The notes under the pieces were generated by a model. That model did no database searches. It saw only the letters and a list, made by a program, of their open reading frames with translations, and was not told where the DNA came from. A DNA stretch of 53,513 nt, the filler included, from Dimargaris cristalligena (Eukaryota): assembly GCA_003614675.1 (NCBI GenBank). It is 2 parts of 2 records of this genome, joined end to end, with 100 filler letters (N's around TTAATTAATTAA, not from the genome) between each part and the next. Parts side by side here need not be neighbours in the genome. Positions count along the whole stretch, not along the records: positions 26,900 to 53,513 come from ML002537.1; 1 more part is not named here. One strand, 5' to 3'. A program made the position numbers and the translations under genes. The stretch's first letter is position 1. Each line of letters opens with the position of its first letter. Below are positions 51,485 through 53,513 of this stretch, piece after piece.

Positions 51485-51903
51485 ATGGTTGGCAAGCTCA
51501 TTCATTACGCCGCCGACGCGGTTCTCATTTCCGCCGTCCTGGCTGGCATCCGTCGCTCGAGCGGGCTCACGTAAGTCTACACCTAGGCCCAACTCCACTA
51601 AGAAGAAATGGCCTACCGTCCATGTTTGCTTGATGCATTGTCTGTGCTGCATGAACGAACCCCCCCCCCCCGATTCCCGGACGCTTAACAGCATGAACTT
51701 ACCTACCGCACGCGTATACCAATAACCTATTTACACCCACTTTATATATTGTGTGTTTGCCTTCTGGCAGTTTCAAAACCGATTCCATCGAAAGCAAGGA
51801 ATTCCGGTCGGTAATCGAGTCGTTCTTGAATATCGGTGAAAAGACCATTGACTTTGGCACCAGCATTCTGTCGACGACTTCCTTCTTCGAACGCCGCCCT
51901 TAA
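51485..51903 (+). CDS. ATG44: Mitofissin Atg44/Mco8 (DUF1748), 72 aa; exons 51485-51570, 51771-51903
   Basis: Spliced product MVGKLIHYAADAVLISAVLAGIRRSSGLT|FKTDSIESKEFRSVIESFLNIGEKTIDFGTSILSTTSFFERRP matches the family pattern I recall (GKLxH..D.vL.S..LAGI.R.tGL...YLn.GE...D). Intron is GTAAGT...CAG, phase 2. Confidence 0.88.
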
Positions 51904-52499
51904 ACGACCTCGACGGGCAGTCCAACCACGGCCCCACTTTAAGGACACCTTCCTACGAGGGCAAGTCCCGCTCGTTTTTATTTCGCGGAGTTTAATCCTC
52001 CGCGAGAGCCACTGTACCCTCCATGATTTCAATTAGCGACTTCCAGCTCTTTTCATATCTGCTTTTCTGTTATTAATGCTCACGACCCTTTCTGTAAACC
52101 TATCTTAAAAAACACAAGTGCCATATGAATGTTAAATTAGCCTCAGATTAAAGAGCGTTTTAAACACCGCAGGAATACCGCCAGTGATGGCATATACCTA
52201 TCCAATCGACCGTTTCGTTGGCGTAGTTACCCGCTTTGATTAGGCCATTATGGCAAATCCCCGTTTGCTTCGAGATTTTAGAAATATATTCGAGGTATTT
52301 CTGCTTTAATGATTTTGCGTTAGCCGACCCCTGGAAGATGATATGGCTATCTTGGTGTGAAGATGACCTAAATGAATATAAATGATATTCATGGCGAACA
52401 ACCAGGTAGCCCAGCCCTACCGAATGCTTGCTAAGGTTCCCTAAAATGAGGGCTACTCCCACCCATATGTACGTGGGTGGTGGTTTTTTGGAGGGCTGT

Positions 52500-53513
52500 G
52501 TCTCTATTACTCGCACTCTATTCATTCACCGGGACAGAAAAATGTTCCAAGAGTTGACTAACTTGGGCCAACTCCAATAACCTTAACACTTTCCTAACTG
52601 CCAAGCTACATATCCCGAGATAGGGGCTGTCTGTGGTTGGATGTCTTCTACCCAACAGTCAAAGTGCCTCGACTGGTCATGAAAGTATGAACTCCATCTT
52701 CTCTAGCGAACCTTTAGCGCTGGGTCTCCTTGGCAAAACCAAACCGCACCTCTACTTTAGTAGTCAGAGCATCCCAATATTAGGTTTATTATTACTTCTG
52801 TACCCATTCAATACATCCCTTAATTAACTGCCTTAGCTATAATGTCCCCTTCTTCTGATCATATCCAAGCCCGGCAATATTGCCATAGTTTGGCAGCCTC
52901 GGGACTCCTGTCTAAGGATTCAATTGCCTTGTTTTGGTTGCCTGGTGTACTTGAAAAGCGAACCTGTAGGGGGGCAGGGCTCCCTTGCTAACGGGGAGTA
53001 TACTGCCAATAAACTTCTCCAAACCAACCACTGATACTTTATGATATATAAAACCCAGCAATATTTGGCCATTTCCATTCACCCTCCTCTGACTCCCTTG
53101 GCTGCACTAAGTAGCTCTCTACCCTAACTGAGTTTAGGTAGTTTCATTGGGGGCAAGGTATGATTTACTATATAGATGTGTGTAGGTACATGTAAGTCCA
53201 CCATACATAATTGATAAAAGATAGGGGTATAAGTAACAATGACCTGGGAGATGTTATACTGTCACACTGGCTAATTTGACCTAATAGGGTGGAGGCCCAT
53301 CCACATGACTGGTCTTTATCAGACTTTATTATGACATAGTTGCCTTCCCAAAGACTCCCCTGTATGCACCAGCACCTTTGGGATACCAGTGGCCTCTAGC
53401 CGGTGTGGCAAGGTGTACTGTCCCCCTATAAGCCACACTAATTATATCACTATTATTATTATTATGCAGGGTATGAAGTGGCTTTTTTTTCTGGTATAAC
53501 CAGTTTTTTTCCC
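52500..53513 (-). mobile_element. Degraded retroelement gag/ORF1-like relic
   Basis: No CpG between 52994 and 53400. A frameshifted CCHC knuckle remnant (..SQCDSIx/HLPGHC) lies at about 53236-53275 on the minus strand. No intact ORF. Confidence 0.35.

Overview
Intron-containing fungal genomic DNA. Gene style suggests an early-diverging fungus (inference only). A synthetic 100-nt spacer at 26800-26899 means the two halves may not be adjacent in the genome. Hand-spliced housekeeping genes: SEC31 (3' truncated), RSP5-type HECT E3, SCP160/vigilin, mitochondrial aspartate aminotransferase, a YqjM-like old yellow enzyme, ATE1, VPS26, a UPF0014/FetB-like permease, an S9A-peptidase-like protein, a GPI/Kre9-like surface protein, and a 72-aa ATG44/mitofissin gene missing from the ORF track. 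Accessory regions hold a disrupted secreted F-box-like gene and CpG-depleted transposon-like relics. The best leads are an S9A homologue lacking its catalytic Ser, the secreted F-box-like gene with in-frame stops, an Rsp5 with only two WW domains and a 17-nt micro-exon, and a GC-AG intron. I cannot support a new multi-gene system from the sequence alone.
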